Source of the DNA: an uncultured cyanobacterium
Lineage (GTDB): Bacteria > Cyanobacteriota > Cyanobacteriia > PCC-9006 > JAAUQQ01
DNA: 64,000 nt
NCBI GenBank assembly: GCA_963718615.1
Contig: OY970368.1
Coordinates: forward strand, 1,728,001 to 1,792,000
Direction: 5' to 3'
Position 1 is the stretch's first letter. Every line of letters begins with the position of its first letter. A model generated the notes under the pieces. It was not told the DNA's origin. It made no database searches and saw only the letters and a list, made by a program, of their open reading frames with translations. The position numbers and the translations under genes are program-made. Positions 1-9,314 of this stretch are shown here, in pieces.

Positions 1-92
1 TAGTAAATCTTTAAAATCACAAGAACTCAAAGAAAATTGCATGGGTTCTCTGAATAAAAAGCATCCTATGCATAGACATTTTGGGGACAAAT

Positions 93-1310
93 ATGATGAT
101 GCTTGAAACAAGCAAATCCCTTAAAATTAAGACTGCCCTTTTTTTGAGAGTTTTGGCGCTCTTTATTTTCTTTCCCCTTTCTGCAAATTCCTCTGAGAAT
201 AGCAGTGAGATCGCCCGTGTAAAAATACATCAAGGTTATGTTCTTTACAAAAATACTTCGACTGGATCTGCGCCAGAAACCGTTACTTTAAAGCGTCAAT
301 GGTATTCTTCTATCTACCTGTGGGATCATACACTAGAAGGTGGAATTATTAAAGATTACTCCGGAAAATTTAGCTTAGAGTGCATTGGTGATGGCAAAAA
401 GCTTATTGAGCAAGATATTAAACCTGGAACAGCAATAAATAAGTTATGTATGCCAACTCGGAGAGCTGGAACAACCTCTAGTGAGAAAAGCCTATTTGAA
501 TGTAACCACGTACTTCGAAATTCTATCAATATTGTACAAGTCCCTTATGTTTTTAGTCCTAGGTACACATTCGTTTTTAATCCAAGACCTCAAATTATAT
601 GGAATCCAGTCGTAGATGCTAATTCATATACTATCAACCTTTATGCGAATCAGCCTCACTCGGCTACCGATACTGCTATTTGGTCAGAGCCTCTAGAACT
701 TCCCGCAGAAAGCCTAATAGTGCAAGAGTACTTCGGTGCTCGTATGCTATCGGTAGTATATCCACAGTCGGAAAAAGAGTTGTCTTTTGATCAGAACTAT
801 AGATTTGAAGTGATAGCCAATCTTAAAGACGGTACAGAAGTCTCTTCTCAGCAAGAGCAGCAACTTTGGAATAAATTATTTAGGGAATGCTTCAATTCTT
901 ACAACGGTTTGTCCGAGCTTCGCGTTAAGAGAAAATTGCTTGATCCTGAGCTGGAAGCAAGAATTACAAATTTGAATTCGTTGGATAAGGCTATCCTTCT
1001 TTCAGAAAAAGGATTTTATTCAGACTCTTTAAAAATATTAATAGAGCAATACAACACTTCTATAGAGTCAGCAATTTATGCTATTCGAGCTCACCAAATT
1101 TTAGGAAGAATGTATCGAAAAACAAACCTTGCGGTACCAGCTTTTACTGTTTACCAAAGACTCTATTGTATGACTGCTAATAAGCCGAATTTTAGACAAG
1201 AGAACCGATTTTCTTTGGGCAAGTTAGAACAAATAAGTCCAGATTTACCAATTGATCAAAGAACTAGTAGTTGTGATTTTTGGCTGCAGGATATGATGAC
1301 TAGTCAATAA
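93..1310 (+). CDS. Secreted hypothetical protein, DUF928-like/TPR-containing type associated with cyanobacterial CHAT loci
   Basis: 409-aa ORF (track start 81 is TTG; ATG at 93). Hydrophobic signal peptide, VPYVFSPRYT...PQIIWNPV...SYTI motif, C-terminal helical KGFYSDSL segment. AT-rich, no HIP1. Confidence 0.55.
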   Translation: MMMLETSKSLKIKTALFLRVLALFIFFPLSANSSENSSEIARVKIHQGYVLYKNTSTGSAPETVTLKRQWYSSIYLWDHTLEGGIIKDYSGKFSLECIGDGKKLIEQDIKPGTAINKLCMPTRRAGTTSSEKSLFECNHVLRNSINIVQVPYVFSPRYTFVFNPRPQIIWNPVVDANSYTINLYANQPHSATDTAIWSEPLELPAESLIVQEYFGARMLSVVYPQSEKELSFDQNYRFEVIANLKDGTEVSSQQEQQLWNKLFRECFNSYNGLSELRVKRKLLDPELEARITNLNSLDKAILLSEKGFYSDSLKILIEQYNTSIESAIYAIRAHQILGRMYRKTNLAVPAFTVYQRLYCMTANKPNFRQENRFSLGKLEQISPDLPIDQRTSSCDFWLQDMMTSQ

Positions 1311-1322
1311 TAGTAAATAAAC

Positions 1323-4300
1323 CTACCAAGGGCTACCTACAATCGTTATTAATGCCCATGTAGAAGGGTGGATATTCTTTTGCTCATTCATTATTTTAAT
1401 TTGCGCTTGTTGTAGTGCTCTAGCTTTTATTATGGGCTTGTCTTGTTCTCTAGCCTTTACAAGTTCTTGATAAAAAATAGTGGTCAACTTGGCTGTTTCT
1501 GAGTATGAAACTTCATCAAGGGTCGCTATGACTGACTTTACTTTAGCTTGTACTGCAGCCCCTGCAAGCGATAGTTCTGGCTCTTCTCCTTCTGCTGTTG
1601 AACAAGCACTTAAGACAAGCAACTCTACGGGAGATGGTGGTGGAGAGTCAAGCTCTAAATCTTTGAAATCTTCCATCGTCAATCTTTCTATTCTGCTATC
1701 CTTACCCTTTTTTATATAAAGATAGGAGTTCTTCGGATCTCCTCCAAAAGCTCCATGAGTAACTAGGTGAATAATAGAAGTATCCTTTCGTGACGCAGGC
1801 TTGAGTTCATCTGTCGTAAAATCTTCAGTATTTGGTAGAAATCTGCCTGTCTTCCAAATCTTTTCTAGTGTTTTAATCTCTTTATCTGCGCCTAATGGGG
1901 CAAGAAAATCTTCGTTAAATCTAGAAGCACCCATAGCGAGCATTTTAACACCCGGCTGCGCAAGATTTCGATAAGTTGGATCTATGCAAGAAAAACTTGG
2001 AATAATTCCAACGCTATATTTTTCGACTAAAAATTTCTGTCCATCATAGAGCAAAGCGATAGGTAGAGATCTGAGTCCTTTTCCCATGACAAAAGATAGA
2101 TTCTGGACATCAGCTTTTTTTAAGTCGTTCTCAATAGGTTTAATAAGCCAATTATAGAGAATCTTTGATGGTCCTAAAAGAGCGCTTCTGGACTCTTGAG
2201 CATCTGTTAGACTCAAAGCATCTTTTATTAGAGAAATCTGCCCTAGAGAACCTTTCCAACTACCAGTTATATTAATACGCTGAATCAAGGTGCTGTTTTC
2301 ATAAGAAAAGTTTATCCCAGAAGGAATGCCAGAATCATCAACATCAAGTATCCCGTATTCTGCAATTGATGCCGAATCTAAAAAATTAAGAACCGTAGTT
2401 TCACCATCGAAAGACAAACTAGGTGAAGGTACTCTTTGTTCTTGCTTTAAGATTTCAATTCTATCTAAAATATTCCGATCATATTGGCTTAAACTTTCGG
2501 AGCTAGAACGCACCTTAACCCATTCTGACAAAACATTTTGTCCCTCTCTGTCAAGATGATGAACAACTCTTAGGCCGTTAGCTGTGACAAGAGCAATGAC
2601 TAATTGATCATCATCTGAGAGATTAGCCGCAGTCCGACTTTCTCCAAGTTTATCCCAAACATCTCTGTTATCTTTGTCAATTTTCTCTAGACTTTCGGAT
2701 TGTTTTGAAGGAAAAAAATCTACGTAGATAACAGCATTTCGTGTATTTGTTGTTCTCTCGACCTGACGTAGCTCTTTTTGAATAGTAAATAGATCCTTAG
2801 GGGGTCTGCACTTAACATTCAAGCCTTTTTCAATCTCAATCGTCTGCTTCTTTTCAACTGCCCCTAAAAATAGTTCGGGACCCGTCAAAGATAATGATGA
2901 GATAAATCTAGGATCCTGAGTTGGATCCTCTAGTAGTTTCAGAGGGGTTTGGAGTTGTGGCAGGGGAATTGCCTCTGGTGCAGAGTCTAAATTGATTGTG
3001 GCAACTGCGACTGAAGAGTCCAGAATATTATCAGTGGCAATGTAGCTAAAACTGTCCGTTCCTGTAAATCCTTGCTTGGGAATATAAGTGAATGATCCAT
3101 CCTCATTTAGATTAAAAACTCCATTTTGGGGAGAAGCGATTAACTGTGCTTTTAATGGCAGACCATTGCGAGGAGTATCATTTTTTAGCACCCCATTAGC
3201 TGCTGAGACTAACAAAAAACGGCTGTCGGGAAGTGCGTAGCTATCTGCCGCCGCAAGAGGCTGATCTTGAGTGATTAGCCGAATGTCTCCCAAACTGAAA
3301 GACCCCACAAAAGATCCTGAAGATAATGTATCTATACCTGTTGTAATGCTACCTGAAGTTCCATTGACTGAAGCGTTACCGATTACGAAGGGAATTGTAG
3401 ACTTGCCACCACGATGAGCAATACTAATTGATCTATTCTGAGTTCCGCCTGCGCTACAAATACTTGTTCCATTACAGCTCGAATTTGGATAAATACTGCT
3501 GAGGGTACCAATAGCTTTGAAGAACTCGCCAGAATTTGCTTCAATGTCTCCTCCCACTCCTTGAGGGGCTCCTGTAGAAGCTGCAATTGAGTTTAGTCTT
3601 ATGCCTCTCGCAGAACTTAATACAACATTGCCACCATTTCCTGCTTGAGAAGATGAATTGATTGTGCCAATTGTCGTATCGATTGCTCCTTCTCGGCTAG
3701 TTAGAGTGATATTGCCAGCATTCCCTAGATCTGAGCGAGTAGCAATACTCATATTGCTACTATTGGCTCGATTAATGACAATATCCTCTCCAGCTTCAAT
3801 TACAACATTTCCTGCATTTCCAAGACCACTGCCAACCCCTGACGTAATGAACGGAGTAAATATGCTACTCTTCGCTAAGAGCGTAATATCGCCGCCATTG
3901 CCAGACTTCGAATCTGCTGAATAGGAACCACTGGATAATGAACTATCTGTAATGCTTCCCTGTAAACTTTCAACAAAGATGGAGCCAGCCCTCCCAGCTT
4001 CTGCACTAGAACCGAGGGTTGTTGTAGTAACGTCTCCAAGAGCTTGGATAAAGATATCACCTCCATTCCCGCCGATATCAGTCCCTTCAGCGACCGCTGT
4101 GTTAGGTGCTGTTCGTACCCTTCCTTCTTCACTGACAATACTTACGGAGCCTGCATTCGCTGGAATCCCATTTGGTGGAATAGTAAAGATCTGGGTATTA
4201 ATATTGATTATATCAATATCCCTAATTGCCTCTACAAATACATTGCCGCTATTTCCTAAGGTTTGATTGGTACCAGTTTTGTTGGAAGTTTGAACTAGGC

Positions 4301-6041
4301 TGTTCGTCAGTTGTATATCTCTACCAGCTTTTAGAAAGATATCTCCTCCATTAGTAGAGATACGCATACTGTCCCCAATAATATTATTACCTGCATTAAA
4401 ACGAATATCACCTCCACTAAAGTTTTCAATATCATTGCCTGAATTGATAATAATATTTTCCCCTGCCTCAATAACAAAATCTGTATTTCTATTTTGTAAT
4501 CGAATGCGACTATCAAACGTTATATTTTCTATTGCCTGAAGGGTGATAGTTCCTACGCTACTTTCTATAGCAGTTCTGCTGATCTCAAAATTATCTGACG
4601 GACTATCCTCAAAGAGAACCTGCCCAGAGTTATTTGTCAGAAATGAATCATCTGCTCCCGCTGTCGATACGATAGTAATATTTCTCGGATCAAACAGAAT
4701 CTGTCCGGCTTCCCCTGACACTGCACTCACATCCACATAGCCATCAAACGCAAGCGACTCCCTTCCAGAAATCTCCACAAATCCACCCTTTGGCAGAAAC
4801 GCAGAAGACGCCCCTCCTGCCATCCCTCCACGACCCTGCGCACTGGCCAACCCATAAAACCGCGTCGTGCCATCTGCCCAAACAAAAATATTGCCGCCAT
4901 TGCCCGAACCCAAAGCATCGGCACGAATCACAGAATCCTGATCAACGAAAGTTTGAGTCGCAGCCAGCGTCGGCTCCTGCCCCTGAAAATCGCCTCCAAC
5001 TCTGACCGTACCCCCACCCGCTTCACCAGAAGCATCAATGGTCACGCCCAGGACAGCAACGCGATCGCCCAACACATTAACCTCACCACCAACCGCTCCC
5101 ATCCCAGCATCAGAAACATCAATCCGACCGCTGGCGATCGTTGTTCCTGCCTCATCAGGAACCCTTGGCCCCGTACTCGTAAGTTGCACCGTTCCATCTG
5201 AATACACCCGAATCCCAGTCGCCTGCTCAACCCCTGCGTCTATCAGTAGCTCTGGCAACGTTAGCATTGGTACCATCCCCGGAAGAGGCTCTCCGTTCAA
5301 TGGTTTCACCGCCAAATTCAGCAATGCTCCAGAGCGATCTAGTTGAACTTGGCTATTCCCCGGAACCGAGAGAAGATTGACTTGTCCTCCGGGAGCAGTC
5401 AAGTCACCAGTGTTCAAAACCTGCCCACCGATCAGACTCAAATTTTGTCCTGGTCTGACCGAAAGCTGGCCAGTGTTTGCGATCGCGCTCGGCTGCACCA
5501 TCGTAAAACCGAGAAACTGGGGAGAACCTACAAGATCTGCATATCCATTGCCGCCAAGGGCATCGAACCACTTCTCAGCAAAACCAATCCCACTTGCGGT
5601 CGTTGCAGTGAAATCTGCTGGTAGATTTAAACGTGACTCAGGTCCAAACAAAACTCCTGAGGGATTCAAAAAAAATAGATTTGCATTGCTCCCGGTGAGT
5701 TGTAGCTCACCGTCGATCAAAGATGCCTTTCCCCCAATCACCCGAATGAGCATATTCTGCAAACTGGTCGGTGACTGGAAATTAGCCGTTTGGCCTTGAT
5801 TGAGCCCAAATTCCTCAAAACTGTGGAATAAGTTGGTCTGATCGCGCGAAAGTGATCCACCCTCAATTTCGACAATGTTACCATTAATACGGACTTGTGT
5901 GCCTGTACTCCCAGCCTCAGGAACGACAGATTGCGATCGAGACATAAGAGGAAACAACACCCAGTACCCGAGCAATCCAGAGAGCGCACCGATCAGGACT
6001 TTTGAGGCGTGAGTCATAGTACAAACCATCCCAAGGAGCAT
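1323..6041 (-). CDS. Filamentous haemagglutinin (TPS) N-terminal domain protein with beta-helical repeats, an Ig-like (Big_9/cadherin-like) domain and a C-terminal CHAT caspase-like protease domain
   Basis: NLFHSFEEF and FFLNPSGVLFG TPS motifs; GNGGDI-type repeats; DGSFTYIP...GTDSFSY Ig domain; CHAT dyad motifs HLVTHG and LLVLSACSTA; terminal HPSTWA...GSPW. Confidence 0.9.
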   Translation of the reverse strand: MLLGMVCTMTHASKVLIGALSGLLGYWVLFPLMSRSQSVVPEAGSTGTQVRINGNIVEIEGGSLSRDQTNLFHSFEEFGLNQGQTANFQSPTSLQNMLIRVIGGKASLIDGELQLTGSNANLFFLNPSGVLFGPESRLNLPADFTATTASGIGFAEKWFDALGGNGYADLVGSPQFLGFTMVQPSAIANTGQLSVRPGQNLSLIGGQVLNTGDLTAPGGQVNLLSVPGNSQVQLDRSGALLNLAVKPLNGEPLPGMVPMLTLPELLIDAGVEQATGIRVYSDGTVQLTSTGPRVPDEAGTTIASGRIDVSDAGMGAVGGEVNVLGDRVAVLGVTIDASGEAGGGTVRVGGDFQGQEPTLAATQTFVDQDSVIRADALGSGNGGNIFVWADGTTRFYGLASAQGRGGMAGGASSAFLPKGGFVEISGRESLAFDGYVDVSAVSGEAGQILFDPRNITIVSTAGADDSFLTNNSGQVLFEDSPSDNFEISRTAIESSVGTITLQAIENITFDSRIRLQNRNTDFVIEAGENIIINSGNDIENFSGGDIRFNAGNNIIGDSMRISTNGGDIFLKAGRDIQLTNSLVQTSNKTGTNQTLGNSGNVFVEAIRDIDIININTQIFTIPPNGIPANAGSVSIVSEEGRVRTAPNTAVAEGTDIGGNGGDIFIQALGDVTTTTLGSSAEAGRAGSIFVESLQGSITDSSLSSGSYSADSKSGNGGDITLLAKSSIFTPFITSGVGSGLGNAGNVVIEAGEDIVINRANSSNMSIATRSDLGNAGNITLTSREGAIDTTIGTINSSSQAGNGGNVVLSSARGIRLNSIAASTGAPQGVGGDIEANSGEFFKAIGTLSSIYPNSSCNGTSICSAGGTQNRSISIAHRGGKSTIPFVIGNASVNGTSGSITTGIDTLSSGSFVGSFSLGDIRLITQDQPLAAADSYALPDSRFLLVSAANGVLKNDTPRNGLPLKAQLIASPQNGVFNLNEDGSFTYIPKQGFTGTDSFSYIATDNILDSSVAVATINLDSAPEAIPLPQLQTPLKLLEDPTQDPRFISSLSLTGPELFLGAVEKKQTIEIEKGLNVKCRPPKDLFTIQKELRQVERTTNTRNAVIYVDFFPSKQSESLEKIDKDNRDVWDKLGESRTAANLSDDDQLVIALVTANGLRVVHHLDREGQNVLSEWVKVRSSSESLSQYDRNILDRIEILKQEQRVPSPSLSFDGETTVLNFLDSASIAEYGILDVDDSGIPSGINFSYENSTLIQRINITGSWKGSLGQISLIKDALSLTDAQESRSALLGPSKILYNWLIKPIENDLKKADVQNLSFVMGKGLRSLPIALLYDGQKFLVEKYSVGIIPSFSCIDPTYRNLAQPGVKMLAMGASRFNEDFLAPLGADKEIKTLEKIWKTGRFLPNTEDFTTDELKPASRKDTSIIHLVTHGAFGGDPKNSYLYIKKGKDSRIERLTMEDFKDLELDSPPPSPVELLVLSACSTAEGEEPELSLAGAAVQAKVKSVIATLDEVSYSETAKLTTIFYQELVKAREQDKPIIKARALQQAQIKIMNEQKNIHPSTWALITIVGSPW

Positions 6042-6306
6042 CTGTGTCTACTTGAGATAGTGGCAGAATATTCTTTAACAAGAAAGTAGTTTTACGGATA
6101 CTTTAAAGAGTTGAATAATATTAAGCAGATACTGTGTTGTAAAGAAATTCTGGTGTATTCAGGGGATCCGAAATAGATAAAGTGGTGTGTTTATCTGCTG
6201 AAAAACTTGATTTCCAGCCTGTATGATGTGCTCAAAAACAAGAAACAGGGTTACTGTATGTTATAGCACTATGTCTTACTTAGAGGCGATCGCCTAAATT
6301 ATCGAT

Positions 6307-6439
6307 TCCAAATTAGCTAACCGAGGATGCTGCAACTGGTGCTGCGACAGACAAGCTTTGCCCTTGTGGTTAAATCAGTTTTATACAGAAACTCATTACG
6401 GGTGTCAATCGGATAGCTCTTTAGCTTAAACAAACTTCC
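6307..6439 (-). pseudogene. Degenerate duplicate of the last ~44 codons of the mscS gene (direct repeat of 7124-7257)
   Basis: tccaaattagctaaccgagg...atagctctttagcttaaacaaacttcc aligns with tccaaattagccaaccgagg...atagctcttgagcttaaacaagcttcc, with scattered substitutions and a 1-bp deletion (gtgctg-cgac vs gtgccgtcgaa). Confidence 0.85.
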
Positions 6440-6466
6440 TTTAGGAATTTAAACCTGGAGATTTCC

Positions 6467-7123
6467 ATGATTCAATCCATCCCCGCTACCGAAATCACCC
6501 TACGCACCCTCAAGCAAGCCTTAAATCTCCAGGCTGCCACTGACCCTCAGTTTTTTGCTGAATGGCAAGATGACATTGCCCCAGTCACCGAGATGGAGCA
6601 GGCCTATCTCGATCGGGTGAAAGCTAACTTTTTGGACTTACTCGAAGATCCGCCCGTCCTTGAGAACAGCGTCAAACTGGTGATTTTAGCCCCATTACTA
6701 GACCTCGCGGGTTTCTATCGTCGTCCCTTCCGGATTACCACAGAAACCAGTATTGAAATCGAACTAGAAGATGAAGGCATCGTCATTCGAGGCCGCATTG
6801 ACGTCTTGGTGATTAACGAATTGCTTTGGCTCGTTGTGATTGAATCCAAACGCAGTGACTTTGCCACAACCCGTGCCCTTGCCCAAACCCTGACCTATAT
6901 GCTCAGTAACCCTGAGCGAGAACGATCCACCTTTGGTTTAATCACTAATGGTACTGAGTTTCTCTTTCTCAAAGCTAGTCGTAAGCCAACAGTTCAATAT
7001 GCTACATCTAAACTATTTTCTCTATTCAATCCTGGCAATGAACTGTATCAAATTCTCTCAATTCTCAAACATCTAGCAAAACCCTTGTCTTCAAACTCAA
7101 GGACTCCTCAAACTGAGCGCTAA
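6467..7123 (+). CDS. Type I restriction enzyme HsdR N-terminal-like (HSDR_N) PD-(D/E)XK nuclease
   Basis: GRIDVLV...VVIESKR and FGLITNG motifs; GGAG RBS upstream. Confidence 0.8.
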   Translation: MIQSIPATEITLRTLKQALNLQAATDPQFFAEWQDDIAPVTEMEQAYLDRVKANFLDLLEDPPVLENSVKLVILAPLLDLAGFYRRPFRITTETSIEIELEDEGIVIRGRIDVLVINELLWLVVIESKRSDFATTRALAQTLTYMLSNPERERSTFGLITNGTEFLFLKASRKPTVQYATSKLFSLFNPGNELYQILSILKHLAKPLSSNSRTPQTER

Positions 7124-7965
7124 TCCAAATTAGCCAACCGAGGATACTGCAACTGGTGCCGTCGAAAGGCGAGCTTTGCCCTAGTGGTCAAATCAGTTTT
7201 ATACAGAAACTCATCACGAGCATCAATCGGATAGCTCTTGAGCTTAAACAAGCTTCCCCAGGTTTGCTCCTCCAAAATCACCACAATTGGCAACTTGATT
7301 TGGGTGTACTTACTGGTATAAGCTACGCGATATAAAATATTTTGAACCAGTTGGGGATCTGCTTCATGGGCCAAATAGAAAGGGGTAACGACCTGTGCCT
7401 CTAGATCCCCAGAATTAGCATTAGAAATCGCCTCGGTCCAGATCTTATTGTGAGGAAGTGTGACCACATTATCAGAAGGTGTTCGCAGTCTTAATCCCCT
7501 TAGTCCATAGGTAATGACCTCACCGTAATGGTTGTCGATGGTGATGCGATCGCCAATGCGATAGGGAGCCTCAAATAGGCCCAAAACTCCTGCAATCACG
7601 GAGCTAACATAATCCTTGAAAGCAAATCCCAGCGCGACCGCGACTGTTCCCGTGACGGCTAAAACATTCTTCTGGGAAAGATTGAGCAGCAGATTCATTA
7701 ACATAATAATGGCGCTGCCCAAAATCAGCATACGCAAAAAGGGGAGCGACTGCTTAACTCGTAACCGCTGTTCCTTCGCTACCCGTTCCGAAATCCAAAG
7801 GATGAGATGATCAATCCAATTAAGAAAAATATAGGCCAAGAGCAAAATTAAAATTGCCTGCGCGATCTTCCATGTTGTAATTTCTGTAATCAGACGTCGG
7901 GCTTGGTCTGCGGTGTTATTCGTAGGGGTTTGGGCCACTAAAGAAAACCAAATGAGATAGAGCAT
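7120..7965 (-). CDS. mscS: Small-conductance mechanosensitive channel (MscS family)
   Basis: TM helices followed by ALGFAFKD...PYRIGDRI...G.V..YGLR...V.LPHN. Confidence 0.85.
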   Translation of the reverse strand: MLYLIWFSLVAQTPTNNTADQARRLITEITTWKIAQAILILLLAYIFLNWIDHLILWISERVAKEQRLRVKQSLPFLRMLILGSAIIMLMNLLLNLSQKNVLAVTGTVAVALGFAFKDYVSSVIAGVLGLFEAPYRIGDRITIDNHYGEVITYGLRGLRLRTPSDNVVTLPHNKIWTEAISNANSGDLEAQVVTPFYLAHEADPQLVQNILYRVAYTSKYTQIKLPIVVILEEQTWGSLFKLKSYPIDARDEFLYKTDLTTRAKLAFRRHQLQYPRLANLD

Positions 7966-8027
7966 AGAAATTCAATCCAAGTCATTCACGTAAACAAATC
8001 TAAGCAAAACAAGTCTAAGCAAAAAAA

Positions 8028-9203
8028 CTAAATCAAAAAGTTATTGCCCGCCAAAGTTCGCCTAAGTTGAGGATAATAAAGCGGATTAATTTGCAGCAAT
8101 TTTTGCTGCTCAATCACTCCAGCCCGCCGCAAAACCGTGACTCGGCTTTGCACTAAGCTTTGGGATTCGCCTAAACTGTCGGCCAGATGGGCGATCGTCA
8201 AACTACCGTGGAGGAGTAGCGAATAGAGTAGGTAATAGTCCGCCGTTGTCAACTCGGGAAGGGAGGGTAACGTCGGGAACTGGGTTTCCAGTCGACCTCC
8301 TTTAGATTCATCGTCTGAATAGGCTAGAGAATGCAGAAAAAGCTGAATAGCAACGGTGCTCAATCCCTCGGAGCGATCGGCCAAAATTCGAAAGTACTCA
8401 GTCTCTAAATCCAGTTGCTCTGTATTGAGCTGCGATCGCAATGAAGTCGAGTTAAATTTTAAGATTTTCCTGATCGCGGCATCATGCACTAGAGGCCGCA
8501 ACCAATCTTGGAGCTGCTGACCGTTTAGTCTCGGCAATTCTAGGGGCTCATCGCAATAGGCTTGTAGCTGACAGACCGTCTCTAAGTATTTCCAGCTCAA
8601 AGAATCAATGCCAATAATCCAAAATCGGGACGGATCATTCCACAACACGTCTCGCAGATAATCGATGCCATCTAAACCTTCCAGCTCTCGTAAAAAACAC
8701 CAGCTTAAATTGGGAATCATTACAATCTCTTTTGCTGTATCGTAGGTCGTTTTTGTCAAACCTCGACCCAACTGTTGTTGCAGTTTTGTAGCGATCGTCT
8801 TTGCTTCGGGTCGGTCGACCCAGTCCAGTAGACGAATGGGGATTTCTAAGGATTGCAGCCTTTGTGCTAAGCTCTCCGTTAAAATTCGTGAAACTGCTGT
8901 AATCGGACTGCTTAGAATGACAAAAACATTGTCCCATTGTTGATGTGTGGCCTGGGCAGACTCGCTAATCCTGCTCCATTTCTCTAGGGCAGCGGTTACG
9001 GCAGACTGAATGGCTGCTTGCTCGTCCGGATGACTTGGCAGCCCTAAAACCAGTTCTTCCAGCGTATAGCGAACATCCGGCGGCAACTGCCGCAGTGAGG
9101 GTTCCGGCTCCTGACTTTCTACGGGATCCGTCGAGAGCCACTGCATCAAAGACGGATGATTTTGAGCAAGCCAGGTTTGAAACGTATTAATTAATGGAGC
9201 CAT
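8028..9203 (-). CDS. Hypothetical protein: degenerate P-loop-like domain plus C-terminal winged helix, co-oriented with mscS
   Basis: 391-aa ORF; C-terminal LLLHGSLTIAHLADSLGE...LRRAGVI resembles a wHTH; no intact Walker A. Confidence 0.55.
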   Translation of the reverse strand: MAPLINTFQTWLAQNHPSLMQWLSTDPVESQEPEPSLRQLPPDVRYTLEELVLGLPSHPDEQAAIQSAVTAALEKWSRISESAQATHQQWDNVFVILSSPITAVSRILTESLAQRLQSLEIPIRLLDWVDRPEAKTIATKLQQQLGRGLTKTTYDTAKEIVMIPNLSWCFLRELEGLDGIDYLRDVLWNDPSRFWIIGIDSLSWKYLETVCQLQAYCDEPLELPRLNGQQLQDWLRPLVHDAAIRKILKFNSTSLRSQLNTEQLDLETEYFRILADRSEGLSTVAIQLFLHSLAYSDDESKGGRLETQFPTLPSLPELTTADYYLLYSLLLHGSLTIAHLADSLGESQSLVQSRVTVLRRAGVIEQQKLLQINPLYYPQLRRTLAGNNFLI

Positions 9204-9314
9204 AGGTTTTGGGCGATCGCCCTATCCAGCATAGCGATAAATCCGTACTCTTTCTATCGGCAAACCTTACCTAGATTTTGTGAACAGGTTTCGACAATGG
9301 AGGAATTAGGGGGA

